Source: Cycas panzhihuaensis | Taxonomy: Eukaryota; Plantae; Cycadophyta | DNA length: 64,000 nucleotides | Reading direction: 5' to 3' | Assembly: GCA_023213395.1 (NCBI GenBank) | Contig: CM041465.1 | Coordinates: 162,199,741 to 162,263,740 of the forward strand | In this document: positions 14,135-26,240 of the stretch, in pieces | Layout of the letters: every line of letters begins with the position of its first letter | Position numbering within the stretch: position 1 is the stretch's first letter | Position numbers and translations under genes: made by a program | The notes under the pieces: model-generated | What the model saw: the letters and a program-made list of their open reading frames with translations, nothing else | The model's database searches: none | Told to the model about the DNA's origin: nothing

Positions 14135-14361
14135 AAAGTTCCTGAGCTTGGAGCTGATGGAATTGCCTAAAAAAATAGGACTGCATCCATTGTTGCTGAT
14201 ATTGGATAAACTTAATAGTATAGTTGCAAGCAAGGATTAACCTGCTGCTATAGTGAAGCGATATGTTGTTGCCCTTGGGACTGAGAAATCGCAACCGCTC
14301 ATTCAAAGCGATTGGGTATCACTGATTTGCCTTGAAGGAGGTGCTTGCATTGTACGTATAT

Positions 14362-14978
14362 TTGGTTAAGGGTCTGGACTCTTTTCAGATATTGGGAAGA
14401 AGGCCAAAGATCTTCTTACAAAGGACTACAGCTATGACCAGAAATTATTTGTGACTACGTGACAAAGAAAGCCGGATCGGGATTTACATCAACTGGTATA
14501 AACAAAGGGGGATTTTTCTAAGGTGATACCAATACACAATACAAGTACCAGAATTCCACTATTGATGTGAAAGTGGACACAAATTCTAATCACCATTGAT
14601 GAAATTGTACCACGTGCAAAGATCTTCTCGATTTGGCCGGATCGTAATCGACAAGTTGGACTTGCGGACTTGCATGACCATGCTTGATTCAAGCATTGGT
14701 TTGACTCAATCCTATAGTTGACTTTTGGGACAATTGGAAGTGAGGGTTTTGCGGTTGGTGGTGAAGTAGGCTTTGATTACGCATCGTGAACATTCACAAA
14801 CTACAATGCAGGGATAGGACTTACAAAGCCTAAAATAAGTGCTGCCATCATATTGGTTGACAAGGGATACACCCTGAAAGCCTAATATCTGCATGTCGTG
14901 AACGCTATCACAAAGACTTCTGTTGCTGCTAAGATTTCTCAAAGGTTTTCAGCAAATGAAAACACTTTCATTGTGGGG
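14362..14978 (+). pseudogene. VDAC: Captured intronless mitochondrial porin (VDAC) fragment, decayed
   Basis: Read across frameshifts: VKG.GLFSDIGKKAKDLLTKDYSYDQKLFVTT..GFTSTGINKGGFF*GDTNTQYKYQNSTIDVKVDTNSN..GTIGSEGFAVGGEVGFDYAS*TFTNYNAGIGLTKP..AAIILVDKGYTLKA*YLH..SVAAKISQRFSANENTFIVG. Not in the ORF track. Confidence 0.92.
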
Positions 14979-15450
14979 GCAATGGATAAAGCTATTACAT
15001 AATGTATGAAAGAAATCAGATGCTGGCATGTAATAAGTTCTATATTAGAAGGCAATGCTGAACATAGTCCTGGCAGGCAGTACTCATGAAGATAGAGCTG
15101 CACTTTTACTGTTGATACTTTTTTGTGGACGTTATTAGCGCCATCGTGCATTTGCCGATCATTATCAAGATCTCAAGTGTATGAGGTCATCAAACCCTTA
15201 AGCTCTTTTTCTAAATCTGCTCGGGATATAGAATTGATGCAGAATCATCAACCCGAAGACACCATTCCGTAAGTGAATCGACCGAGGTGACTTCAAGGCG
15301 AGTTGACCACTGAAGTGAATTGGTGGTGACACTCTTAGTATCATCGGCGAAAAGAGATATCGATTCACGATCTCGGTGATCTAAGTTTTCAGGTTTAAGT
15401 CTTCTTTTGGTGTTTTTTAAGTTGAAGTGGATATTCTTTGATCATACACT

Positions 15451-15681
15451 ATGGAGTTGAGTGACATTATCACCTTCATGCCTGAGAGAAATGAATATTG
15501 GCTATCAGATCTTTGTTTTCCTCTGCCCAAATACACTGGAACTAATTTTCGTTTTTGGAAAATTAGAATGGAAAGTCTATTTGTAGTGAAGAAACTTTGG
15601 AAAATAGTCATGGGGACTGAAATGGCTCACGAAGAAGGGGAGGTAATCTTCAAAAGGAAAAATGAATTGTTATTGACGTGA
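15451..15681 (+). pseudogene. Copia Gag N-terminal remnant (DUF4219-like) inside element B
   Basis: LPKYTGTNFRFWKIRMESLFVVKKLWKIVMGTE. Confidence 0.8.
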
Positions 15682-18600
15682 TACTTGCGACCATTGATAA
15701 AGATAACCTCCCATCTCGCCTATCACTTTATTATTCGTGCTCTACTGAATATGGACTCGGTGAGGATGCTTGGAAACCATCGATGTAAGTGAATGAAAAG
15801 GACTCAAGAAATATGAAGCAGAGAATCAAAAGGGCAAAGAATCGAGAGGAAGAAGTTGAAGAGAAAAGGAAAAGGGAAAAGCAGGTGACAAAGCCATAAG
15901 TCTCATCAAGGAACCAAATCACGAAGGTTGAGGATTTCGTGCATCAATCTTTGCCGATAACAACAGAGAGACGTGAGTTGCCTAACAAAAGGTATGGATA
16001 ATGTTATCCTAGTTTGTGTTGACAGAATGGTAGGAAGAATTCAATTGGTGACAGGTCATACACTGATTTGCATGTATTGGAAAATATCCATGATCTCCCT
16101 CAACTCAGTTACATTCTCCACTCTCATCCTTGAGAAGATCAAAATTATAACAGCATATCCTAGAGCGGCACTAGAAAGTTGTTCTCAAAGGAACATAAGG
16201 AGGATATCATGTCACCAGGGTCTTGCTTATCGAATTCATATTTCCTTTTGGATAGGTTACCTGATTATGAAAGTCAATCAGATTGAAATAATGTTCCATG
16301 TATGCATATCCATAATCAGGAAGCACATGCATGAGAGTATCATAGAAATACTCATTATACTTAGTTCATGGAACCCTTTGAGTGACACAGAGAAAGCAAG
16401 GTACATCACACAGATTACAGGAACTCGACTCAATAAATCCACTGCATCAGGGGAGGATAATGATGTCTTACCAGTTGGTAACTCATTGCTGCAGTTGGAT
16501 AATGATGATATTGCTAACATCTACTTTGGTCACTCACATCAAGAAGAGAGAAGCAAACAAGTGATAGAAGACATATTTGAAAGACACCTTGAAGATATCG
16601 TTGATAAATATATGCAGGATCATTTTGAATTATCCATGTTTCACTACTTGCGTTGCATGTCCAAGGACTCTCAATTATGTATGAAGTTGAAAGAAGCAAA
16701 GCTTGAAAATCATCAATTCAAAGGACTTGAGAAAAGGACACTACAAGGTTAAAGACCAAGACCATGCCCAAAACATGGTGTTCAAGACCTTTCCAAGATC
16801 AAGGCGGTGGAGATTCAAAGAAGACAAAGTGTATTAGAGTTCATTGATAGTCATGTTGTCATCCATTCATGTCAAGTGTCAATGTATGTCAAAATGTCCT
16901 TAGTTCAAACATTAAACATTAAGGGGAGGTGTTAGAAATAATGTTTAATGTGTGTGGGTCCTAGAATAATAAGTGATAGTCCTAAGTCTTAAGGTCAAAA
17001 GATCATTATAATACCATGTAAAAGGATATAAGTTTATTGGTCAAGTTAGTGGTGTAATGCTATTGGTCAAGACAAAGGTATTTATCCCACATGCATTACT
17101 TGTGTTGAATAGTCTCCCACCTCTTTGGTATATAAAGGTGGTTGAGGTAGTATGTAAACATCATCACATCATCAAGGCTCATATTGAGTCTTCGGTGCTT
17201 TTGGTATGGTAATACATTCTGATTATATTGTGTTAATCTCTGTTGATGTTCTTGATCTTTCTGTTGATGAGTGTTCTCCATGTTAAAATCTTAACAATGA
17301 CTTTGATGTTTTTTCATAAAAAGTGTTGGTATACTTTCTCAGACACAAATCAAAACCTTCTATCAAGTTTAAAGAATTTAAACTTGAGATTGAAAATGAA
17401 ATGGGGATGCAAATTAAAATCCTCAAAATAGACAATGGTAGGGAATACACTTCTAAAGACAACTTTCTACACCCTGCACACCACAACAGAATGGTGTAGA
17501 TGAATGAATGAATAAGACTCTTGAAAGCAAAAGCATGACCATGATGGCAGTAAAGAAACTTGTTGCATCTTTCTGGGCAGAAGCAGTTTGGATTGTTGCT
17601 TCTCTAACAAGCTAAAGCTCCACCAAGGCAATTTGGAATATGACACCAGAGGAGGCTTGGACTAGCCTAAAGCCTATTGTTAGTTATTTGTGCCAATTTG
17701 GTTGCACAACTTATGCGCACATACCTCCAATGCAAAGGAAGAAATTTAATGATAAAAGTTTTAAATGCATCTCCATTGGTTATGTCGATGGTAGTAAAGC
17801 GTATAAATTGTATGATCCCATAACCAAGAAAATGTATTTTTCCAAAGATGTTGGACCTTAGTTCAATTCAACTTTCCCTAGACAACGGTAAATTTGCAAT
17901 GGAGGATTCTAAACCCACCGGTTCCTCAACTTCATACACACCAAGTCCATCATCAACACCATCATCACCTTCATCATTTGCATCGGATCCTTAAAATCCA
18001 TCATATAGTCCTATTGACATATTAGATATTCAGAGTCCTTTATAGGTTCAAGACATTGAAGTAATACTAGTGACAGAAATTATCTAAATCGTTTCATTAA
18101 ATTGTCTCCAATGCACCATTTCCCTTGGCTGAAAGAAAAAGAAAATCTAAGATGTATTCCGATGTGAACCGTGCGCTTATGGTTGAAGTGCTTAGTATCC
18201 CTAATTCTTTCATTTTTAAGGAGGCATGTAAGGATGAAAAGTGGAAAAAAGCAATGGATGAGGAGATTCATTCCATTCAAAAAAATGATGCTTGGGGCTT
18301 AGTTAATTTGCCAAAAGGAAAGCAAGCTATTGACTGCAAATGGATCTATAAGATATTATTTCATGTTGATGGGACAATTGAGTGGCATGATGCTCAATTG
18401 GTTGTTAAAGGATTCAACCAACTGGAAGGAATAGATTATGAGGAAACATTTGCACTTGTTTCCAACATGACCATTGTCAGACTTATCACGGCTTTGGTTG
18501 CATAATGCAATTGGCCAATTTATTAGAAAGATGTCAAGAGCATGTTTCTACATGATGACTTCACAGAAGAGGTGCATTTGAAACAACCTCTTGGCTACAT

Positions 18601-20087
18601 TGCTCATGGCAAAGAGCAAATGGCCTGTCAAATCAAAAAGGCTTTGCATGGCTTGAAGCAAACACCACATGCATGGTATTAAAAAATTGGTGATTACTTT
18701 TAAAGATATAACTTTCATCATTTCTTGTCAAATCTGAAGTTATACATTGAGGTTCAAAACTTGCATATTACACTTCTTGTTCTCTATGTTGATGACATGG
18801 TCATTATAGGGGATGACACATATATGATTGAAAGTCTCTAAGGGGACTTGAAAGTAGTTTCAAAACAACTAATCTTGGATTGCTTCCCCATTTTCTTGGC
18901 ATGGAGTTTTGGTAGCAACCTTATAGAATTTTTATGTCACAAGCCAAGTACCCTTGGGAGATCTTATAGAGATTCAGAATGGAGGACTATAAGTCATCTC
19001 CAACCCCTATGGAAACATGAACGAAATTGAAACATGATGAGAAAGCCAAACCTATTAGTCCCAAATTATATAGATGGCTAGTAGGTAGTCTTATCTACTT
19101 GACTAACACTAGACCAGACATCACATACGTTGTCACGATTTTTTCCAAGTTTATGTCTCAACCCAATCAAACTCATTTGAATGCTATGAAAATGATACTT
19201 AGATGTCTGAAAGGTACCTTGCAATATAGACTTTAGTATGACCAAAATGAAAACTTCCTACTAGAAGCATTTGTAGATTCAGATTGGGCTAGTTGTCAAG
19301 ATAGCAGAAGATCAACTTCAAGGTGTTATTTCAACCTTGGGTCATTAGTTGTTTCCTAAAGTCACAAGAAGCAACCTAATGTTTCTCTTTTATCGATGGA
19401 AGTAGAGTACAAAGTCACAATCAGTCCAACTACAGAAGCTATCTGGCTTAGAAGAATTCTTGCCAAGCTTGGATTTGAGCAAACACATCCCACCAGGTTA
19501 CATTGTGACAATCAAATTGTGCTCAAGTTGACCAAGAATGTGAAAAGAGTGGATCTATCCTTCATCTCCATGCACTAAACACAAAGGCAAACATGGGAGC
19601 AAGAGAGACTTGAGAGAAAGAAAGTAGCTCTCACAAAATGGGGAGGTAAGAATGAATCTCCTCCATTGAGCTTTACTTTTATATTGAGAGAGGGAGCATT
19701 TGGGTTAGGTGAAATGAAATTACACATAATGCACATGAAAGTGCATTTCACTTAAGTGATCTAATTTAAAGTTCACTTAAGACCCTTTTTCGAAATAATC
19801 AACTAATGTAATGACCTTATGTCATTAACCCTTTTCAATCTCCCCCTTAATGGTAGAAGGTCATTTCATTCTATTTTATTCTATCCTATGAGGTCTTCAT
19901 TTGAGCCTCTTACAAAGCAAACTAGTATGATACTTTTGTGGGAAACCCTCATGGGGAAGAAAACCCACAAATTTTCTAATCTACTAACTTGGCTCAGCCA
20001 GCTCTTTAAATCTAGCCAGATACCCAATCACTACAATAAATTTTCTACCTCAAATCTACTCAGTCTCCATATACCATTTGGTCATCC

Positions 20088-20245
20088 CCCATGCCCTTTC
20101 GGGTTTTCACAGGTTCCGATTTTCCAAAATGATACAACCCTTATCCTTTCGCACCCACATGGGGTTTTCACGAATGGGATAGAGCAGAGACTTACTCTTG
20201 TCCTTCCGCGCCCACAAGGGGTTTTCACGAAGGAGACAGAGTATG
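20088..20245. repeat. ~57-bp tandem units in the 3' UTR of E
   Basis: gc.cccaca.ggggttttcacgaa.g.ga.agag twice, plus a third gggttttcac core. Confidence 0.7.
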
Positions 20246-23200
20246 ATGGTCACATTGTCATCTCCTTCAATCAGTCAGAGATGGAGGCCCTAAGGCTGAG
20301 TTGCTTTTAATCGCTCAAACTTCACCCTCTTCAATGGTTTGGTGAAGATATCGGCCACTTGATCCGCCGTGGGCAAGACTCCAATTGAATTGTGTCATCA
20401 TGAACTAGTTCTCTAATCCTGTGGACTTTTGTACTTATATGTTTGGTACGATCATGAAATGTGATTTTAAGTCATTTGGATTGTAGATTGATTATCTACA
20501 TGTAAGCTAGTAGAACTTGTTTGGGTGGCATTTAATGTATTCAACAATTTTCTAAGCCATATCACCTCCTTGCTTGTCTCGTAAAGAATGTACTCGGCTC
20601 AGCTGAGTCTCGCAACTATCTTCTCGCCCTGGATCTCCATGATATTGGTCTTTGCTCCAAGAAATGTTACGCCTGCACGTAGATCTTCCTGTGTCTTTAT
20701 CTCGGCAAAGTCCGAGTTTGTGTATGCATAAAGTTTAAATTCGCATTGGGTTCATACAATGCACCATATTTGCTAGTCGCCTTTAGGTACCTTAACACTC
20801 GTATTGCAGCTTGACAATGATTCTGCTTAGGATTTGTCATGAATCTTGCAAGAATGCCAACAGAGTGTGCAATATCTGGCCTTGTGTTGGTAGTATAGAT
20901 GAGACTACCTACAAGTTGCTCAGAGTGTTGCGTCTGCCTCCCTATTATCACCATCAACTGAGAGCTTAATATTAGGCTCCATAGGTGTATCCACTCGTCG
21001 AGCACCTTCCAACTGAAACTTTATCAGAAGATCGTTGATATATTTTTCTTGGGAGAGAAAGATTTTGCCATCCTTTTGAGTTACTTCAATTCCCAAGCAA
21101 TATTTCATCAACCCGAGGTCAGACAATTCAAAAGTTTTAGCAAGGTCCTTCTTCACCGGCCGATTACACTGCTCACTATTCCCGTTATGAGCATGTCATC
21201 CACAAAGATTAAGAGGTAAGTGACTTTATCATTTTGGCGCTTGATGAATAATGTTGCATCAATATCTTGATAGTCAAACCTCATATGCAAGTTGCCTCAG
21301 TCTTTCAGACAGCTTGGTAAACCAAGCACGAGGGGCTTGCTTTAGGCGATACAAGGACTGTTTGAGCCTAGAAACTTTATGCTCCCGACGGTCAATCTCG
21401 TATCCTTCTGGCTGAGCCATGTAAATTTCTTCTTTAAGGTCCCCATTGAGAAATGCGGTCTTAACATCAAGTTGGTGGATTTTCCAACCTCGCTGAGCAC
21501 CAAGGCTATAAGAGTTCGATTGTAGGCCACTTGGTTGTAGGAGCAAAGATTTCGAGTAGTCAATACCTTCCCTTTGCGTGAATCCTTTTGCTACCAACCT
21601 CGCCTTGTGTTTTTCTAGGGTGCCATCTGATCTATACTTGTTTTTGAACACCCATTTATTTTGAACTACCTTTCTTCCAAGTGGTAGATCAACAAGCTCC
21701 CATGTACCGTTCTTAATAAGAGATTGATACTCTTCGTTCATGGCATTTCTCCAAGCTGCATGCTTTACAGCTTCTTGGTACGTTAGGGGCTCTTCATTAA
21801 GAGCAAGATGCGCTCCGGTTCAAGCTCAATGGAAAGTGATTCATGCATCCTTGCTCTATGGGCACTTCTAGTGCCGCTTTGCCTACCTCATCCGGGTCGC
21901 ATGTCCTTGTGTAGTCGGTAGGCTTCACGAAAACCTCGAGTTGGGAATGAGGTTTTCATTTCCACAACCTCTTGATCTTCGCTTTGATCCCGAAAAGGAT
22001 CATGTGAAATATTTGGCACCGGAGGAAGTTGGCGATCTTTGGAGAAGATGGGCCACCACGGATGTTGGAGAAGATGATCCTTCGCTATGGCTTTGCCTTT
22101 GTCAACTTGGTCGCTTGCAAATGATGGTGCCGGATGTGTACACATTGGATTGGAGTCACGCTTGTATCCTCCGAGGCTCTATTGTCGATTCCAAGATTTT
22201 AAGCAACTGCTCAAAGATCTCCCCTAAATTTTGGAACTGGACATCAAATTCAAGAGCATCATTAAATCAAGATGAAGGTGTCTTGGAGTCAAGTCTCGAG
22301 TAATTGATCTTCGCCTCGCAAAGATAACATCTCTAGTGATGATGATTTTGCGCTCTGAAGGTATAAAACCTTGTATCCCTTTTGTCCATTGGGTATCCGG
22401 CAAAGATGCCTTTGATGGCTCTATCTTGGAGCTTATTTCTATGTTCCCGCAAAATATGAGCATAACAAGTAGAGCCAAAAATTCAAGTGGGAGATAGAGG
22501 GGTTTGTCCATACCACATTTCATGTGGAGAGGGGCCGAGCTTGGAGGACTAACGGTGTTGATGCAATACACGCAGCCCGTATAGCCTCACCAAAGATAGA
22601 TAGGGACATTCTTATATACCAAAGATAGCACGAGCCATATTCATGATGGTCCTGCTCATACGCCTAAGAACTCCATTTTGCCGGGTGTACCGCAAAGTGG
22701 TCCGATGTTTGATTCCACGTTGACGTAGGTACGATTCAAACTCATTGGATGTGTACTCGCCACCATTGTCACCCCGAGTATTTTGATCTTGAATCCGATT
22801 CATTTTCCACGCGGGCCTTGAAAGCTTGAAACATAGAAAAGCTTCATCTTTCTTTGCAAGAAAAGCAACCCATACTTTCTTGGTAAAATCATCAATGAAA
22901 GTAATATAGTAGCACTGCTTGATAGAAGGGATGGGCATAGGACCGCATATATCCGAGTGTACAAGCCGCAAAGGTTGGCTAGATTTCCACGACTACGAGG
23001 AAAGGGTTGTCTTTGAGATTTAGCAATAATACATGCTTCACATTTAAAGGGCTTGAGGGGAACTTAGGCAAACCAGAAGAGTGTCTTGTAGTTCTCTTAA
23101 ACGATCAATTTTGATATGGCCCATATGAGCATGCCATAGAGTCTTGGGACAACTTTTGAGGAGTCGTGGTTGTGGTAAAACAAATTCATCATCAACATAG

Positions 23201-24900
23201 TTGGCTTCAGAGGATGATGAGCCGCTTAGGCAAAAAGTTTGCCATCAAGAATTCGGTCATAACCACGGATTTGAAGGAGGGTGAATGACACAGAGAGTTT
23301 GATTGTTTGCGCTACACTCGGATCAAATCCACGAGAGACAAGGGTGGAGGGAGAGCAGATTCTCGCTTGAGGCGAGAATATATAAAACATCAACAAGTGT
23401 AAAACTGGAAGGCACAGGAGTTTCGTGCAAACTGCTCCAAGTCCTTCGATCGGGCCGAGATGATTTGTCACCATGTGTACAACACCACGAACTTCGAGTC
23501 AAAATCTTGAAAGAGCTGGCGATGACAAGTCATGTGTTGTGTTGCTCCAGATCCATGATCCACGATGAAGTATTTGAGGTAGCACTATTTGCAACTCCAA
23601 GTGGTGAAGACAAAAGTGAATAAGCAAAGCCACAATGAGCCTCAATATACTTAGTGGATCTATCAACAACATTTGATGAAGTGGTCCCAATTCTTTGAAG
23701 GTGTGCTCGAGCAAATTATGCTCCACCAAAAGCATCTTCAAAGAAGTATTATCAACATTATGTGCACCATGGCTACCGCTGATAATTTGGTAGTTTGTTG
23801 GTGGCGCTCGCAATTTTTGGCATAATGTCCTCTTCTATTACACCTTTGGCACACGATTGTTTGATTTCCACCCAAGTATTGACCTTGGATTGTCTCGATT
23901 CCGGATCTAGGTCCGTGTTGATTATTTTGGCCTTGGCCTTGAGATGCTTTTTGTTGGAATTGAGGAGCCTGTTGACTAAGAGGACGTTGTCCTTGTTGTC
24001 TACCTCTTCCTCTTCCACGGAATTACCACCTCTACGAGAGTATTGACCTTGATTTTGGTGTAACAAAGATCTTCTTCCACTTCAAAAGCAAAGATCAATT
24101 GGATCCGATGTAGTGGCAAAGTTGGTATCAAAGGTCTTATCAAATTCAATGAACTTATCGAGAAGATCCTCAAAGTTTAGGGTCTTCAAAGTTCCACTAG
24201 ATTGAAGACTCCCAATAGATTTTTATAATGGGATATGGAGACATGATCGAATCAAGAAAGCCCATGTAATGCATTGAGTTTTAAAATCTTTATCAATGGC
24301 TTGCTTGATTGGACGAAGGAGATTGATTGTCTCACTTGCATGTCCTTTCGCATTTTCAATTTGTTCATCTTCAAAGACTAAGTGAACAAATTCTAAGTCC
24401 GATTTAGTGTCAAAGTTCTTCTTAAGAACTTCAAGAACTTTCCATGTCAGTATCATGTACTTCATTAATGAGATTATGCAGTGGAATAATCGGTGACAAG
24501 ATCCCCGCACGGATTTTATCATCATCAAGTTCCCATTGGCGTTTAGCTACGCCTGGGAGCGGTTGAGCACCTCCTCAAGCAGCTTGTGGTAATCAGAATG
24601 CAATGTGGTGTAGGTTGTAAGTGATCTCTCCATAGACCTTCATACTTTGCGGATTTCGACACCGAGGAACCACATGTCCCAATTTTCTTTCCTTTTAGAA
24701 TGCGTTCACATTTTGCTTGAACTGAAGACATTGTGTCTTTTTTTTTTTTAGAAGGGAAGAAATGAACAAGGGACTATAAAAGTGATGGCAATAAATGACC
24801 GATCACTATTTACAAATGGGAAATGTAATGAAGTAGTGTAGAAGAAGGAAGAAGAAGTGAGAATGGTTGCTCAAAGATGAAGGGAGCAACTTAGAGAAAA

Positions 24901-25030
24901 GTCACCAACACTTGTGACAAATATTAACCTGACGCAGCAGAAATATGAGAAGAACTATGATAAAAATTGGCCACTAACACTTGTGGCAAATATTAACCTG
25001 ACGCAACAGAAATATGAGAAGCACTATGAT
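24901..25030. repeat. Two 69-bp-period tandem copies in the leader of E
   Basis: aacacttgtg.caaatattaacctgacgca.cagaaatatgagaag.actatgat twice. Confidence 0.9.
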
Positions 25031-25909
25031 TGTGATTACACTATGGATCACTTTTACAAATAAGTAAGTGATCAATATACAAGATTGTAGGCCAATGTAG
25101 AAGTTGACATCATTAGGTTTACACAACTTGAAGCTCGAATGTAGGATGCGTAATCAACCCAATAACCTCTAACTTGTGTCCAACGTGTAGTTGAGGTTGT
25201 TGAAGGGATGCCTAGGCTTCTAGTAGAATTAATTTGGCCTTCACCCGCGATATCCGCAATCGTGCTTGGTGATGAAATCCAAGTCACAACGGAGCCCAAG
25301 TACTCCCAATCCTCACCCAATTCACCAATGAGCAGCTATATACCTCCTCTAAAGAGTGGTACGTGCATACCCATGGCTATGACGGATATTGGATCGGGTA
25401 TATTTTAATCTTGTATTAAAGGTTTCGTTTTCCCGGTTGGTTACCAGGATGATCCCTGATTGAGGCATGATGGTATGGCTAACCAAACCTCACCAATATT
25501 CCGGTTAGTCCAGCCCCAACTTGAAACCCACACCTCCTTTATGGCACTAAGATTTCGCCAACCAAGGTATCTCAACCTTGGCGAGTGTGTGAACAGTACA
25601 AGATGGCGGAAAATAGCGACGTGATGCTCCTTTTAGGAAGAGTGAAAAGATTATCGAATTGCATCAAACGACATTTAACTGAAAATAATGCTTGCTTGGA
25701 GTGCTTGCTTGAAGTGTCTTTGGAGTGCTTGCTTTGAGTGATTTTAGAGTGCTGAAATGCAATGCTTAATAAGTGAGTGAGGACACGGATATTGCTCCGA
25801 TCCGTGTGTTTTTTCTCACTTTTACAATGGGCTTTTAAGCCTTATAAAAGGAAGAAATTTTCTTCATTTTATTTTTTTTGTTAATACAAAAAAAGTACTC
25901 TTCACTAAA

Positions 25910-26240
25910 TCTGCAATAACTTTCTCCCACGATGTCGAAATGGAGTGCCGGTTTTGTGCTGCAAACTAGACTCGAGCTTCATCTTCGTGAAGTGGAATCA
26001 GTCCAAATGAGTTCTGGAACATTTTTGACAGCCCCGCAAAGTTAGGAAATTATATTTTTCCAGAATTCTTACTAAAAATAACTGCTGTTCACCAAAACAG
26101 CAATAACTTCCTCATACGGCTTCCAAATTAGGTGCTGGTTTTTGTGCTGGAAAGTAGACTCGGAGCCCCATCTTTGACAATTGGAATCACTTCAATTGGA
26201 TCTCTGTAGAAGATTTTGCAGACCTGTGAAGTTCAGCAAT
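25910..26240. repeat. Two diverged ~188-bp-period modules in the leader of E
   Basis: gcaataactt.ctc...ttttgtgctg.aaa.tagactcg...tggaatca at about 25912 and 26100. Confidence 0.7.

Larger units (their letters stand above)
12615..17296 (+). mobile_element. Young non-autonomous LTR element 'B' carrying host-gene fragments
   Basis: 367-bp LTRs (12615-12981, 16930-17296) with 2 mismatches; perfect TSD ATGAC; PBS tggtatcagagc 12982-12993; PPT aaggggagg 16921-16929; no RT or integrase; only a Gag N-terminal remnant. Confidence 0.95.

Noticed and set aside
19819-20310. 163-aa ORF as env-like gene
   Set aside because: It is antisense to E, spans tandem repeats, the PPT and the LTR edge, and shows no env-like features.
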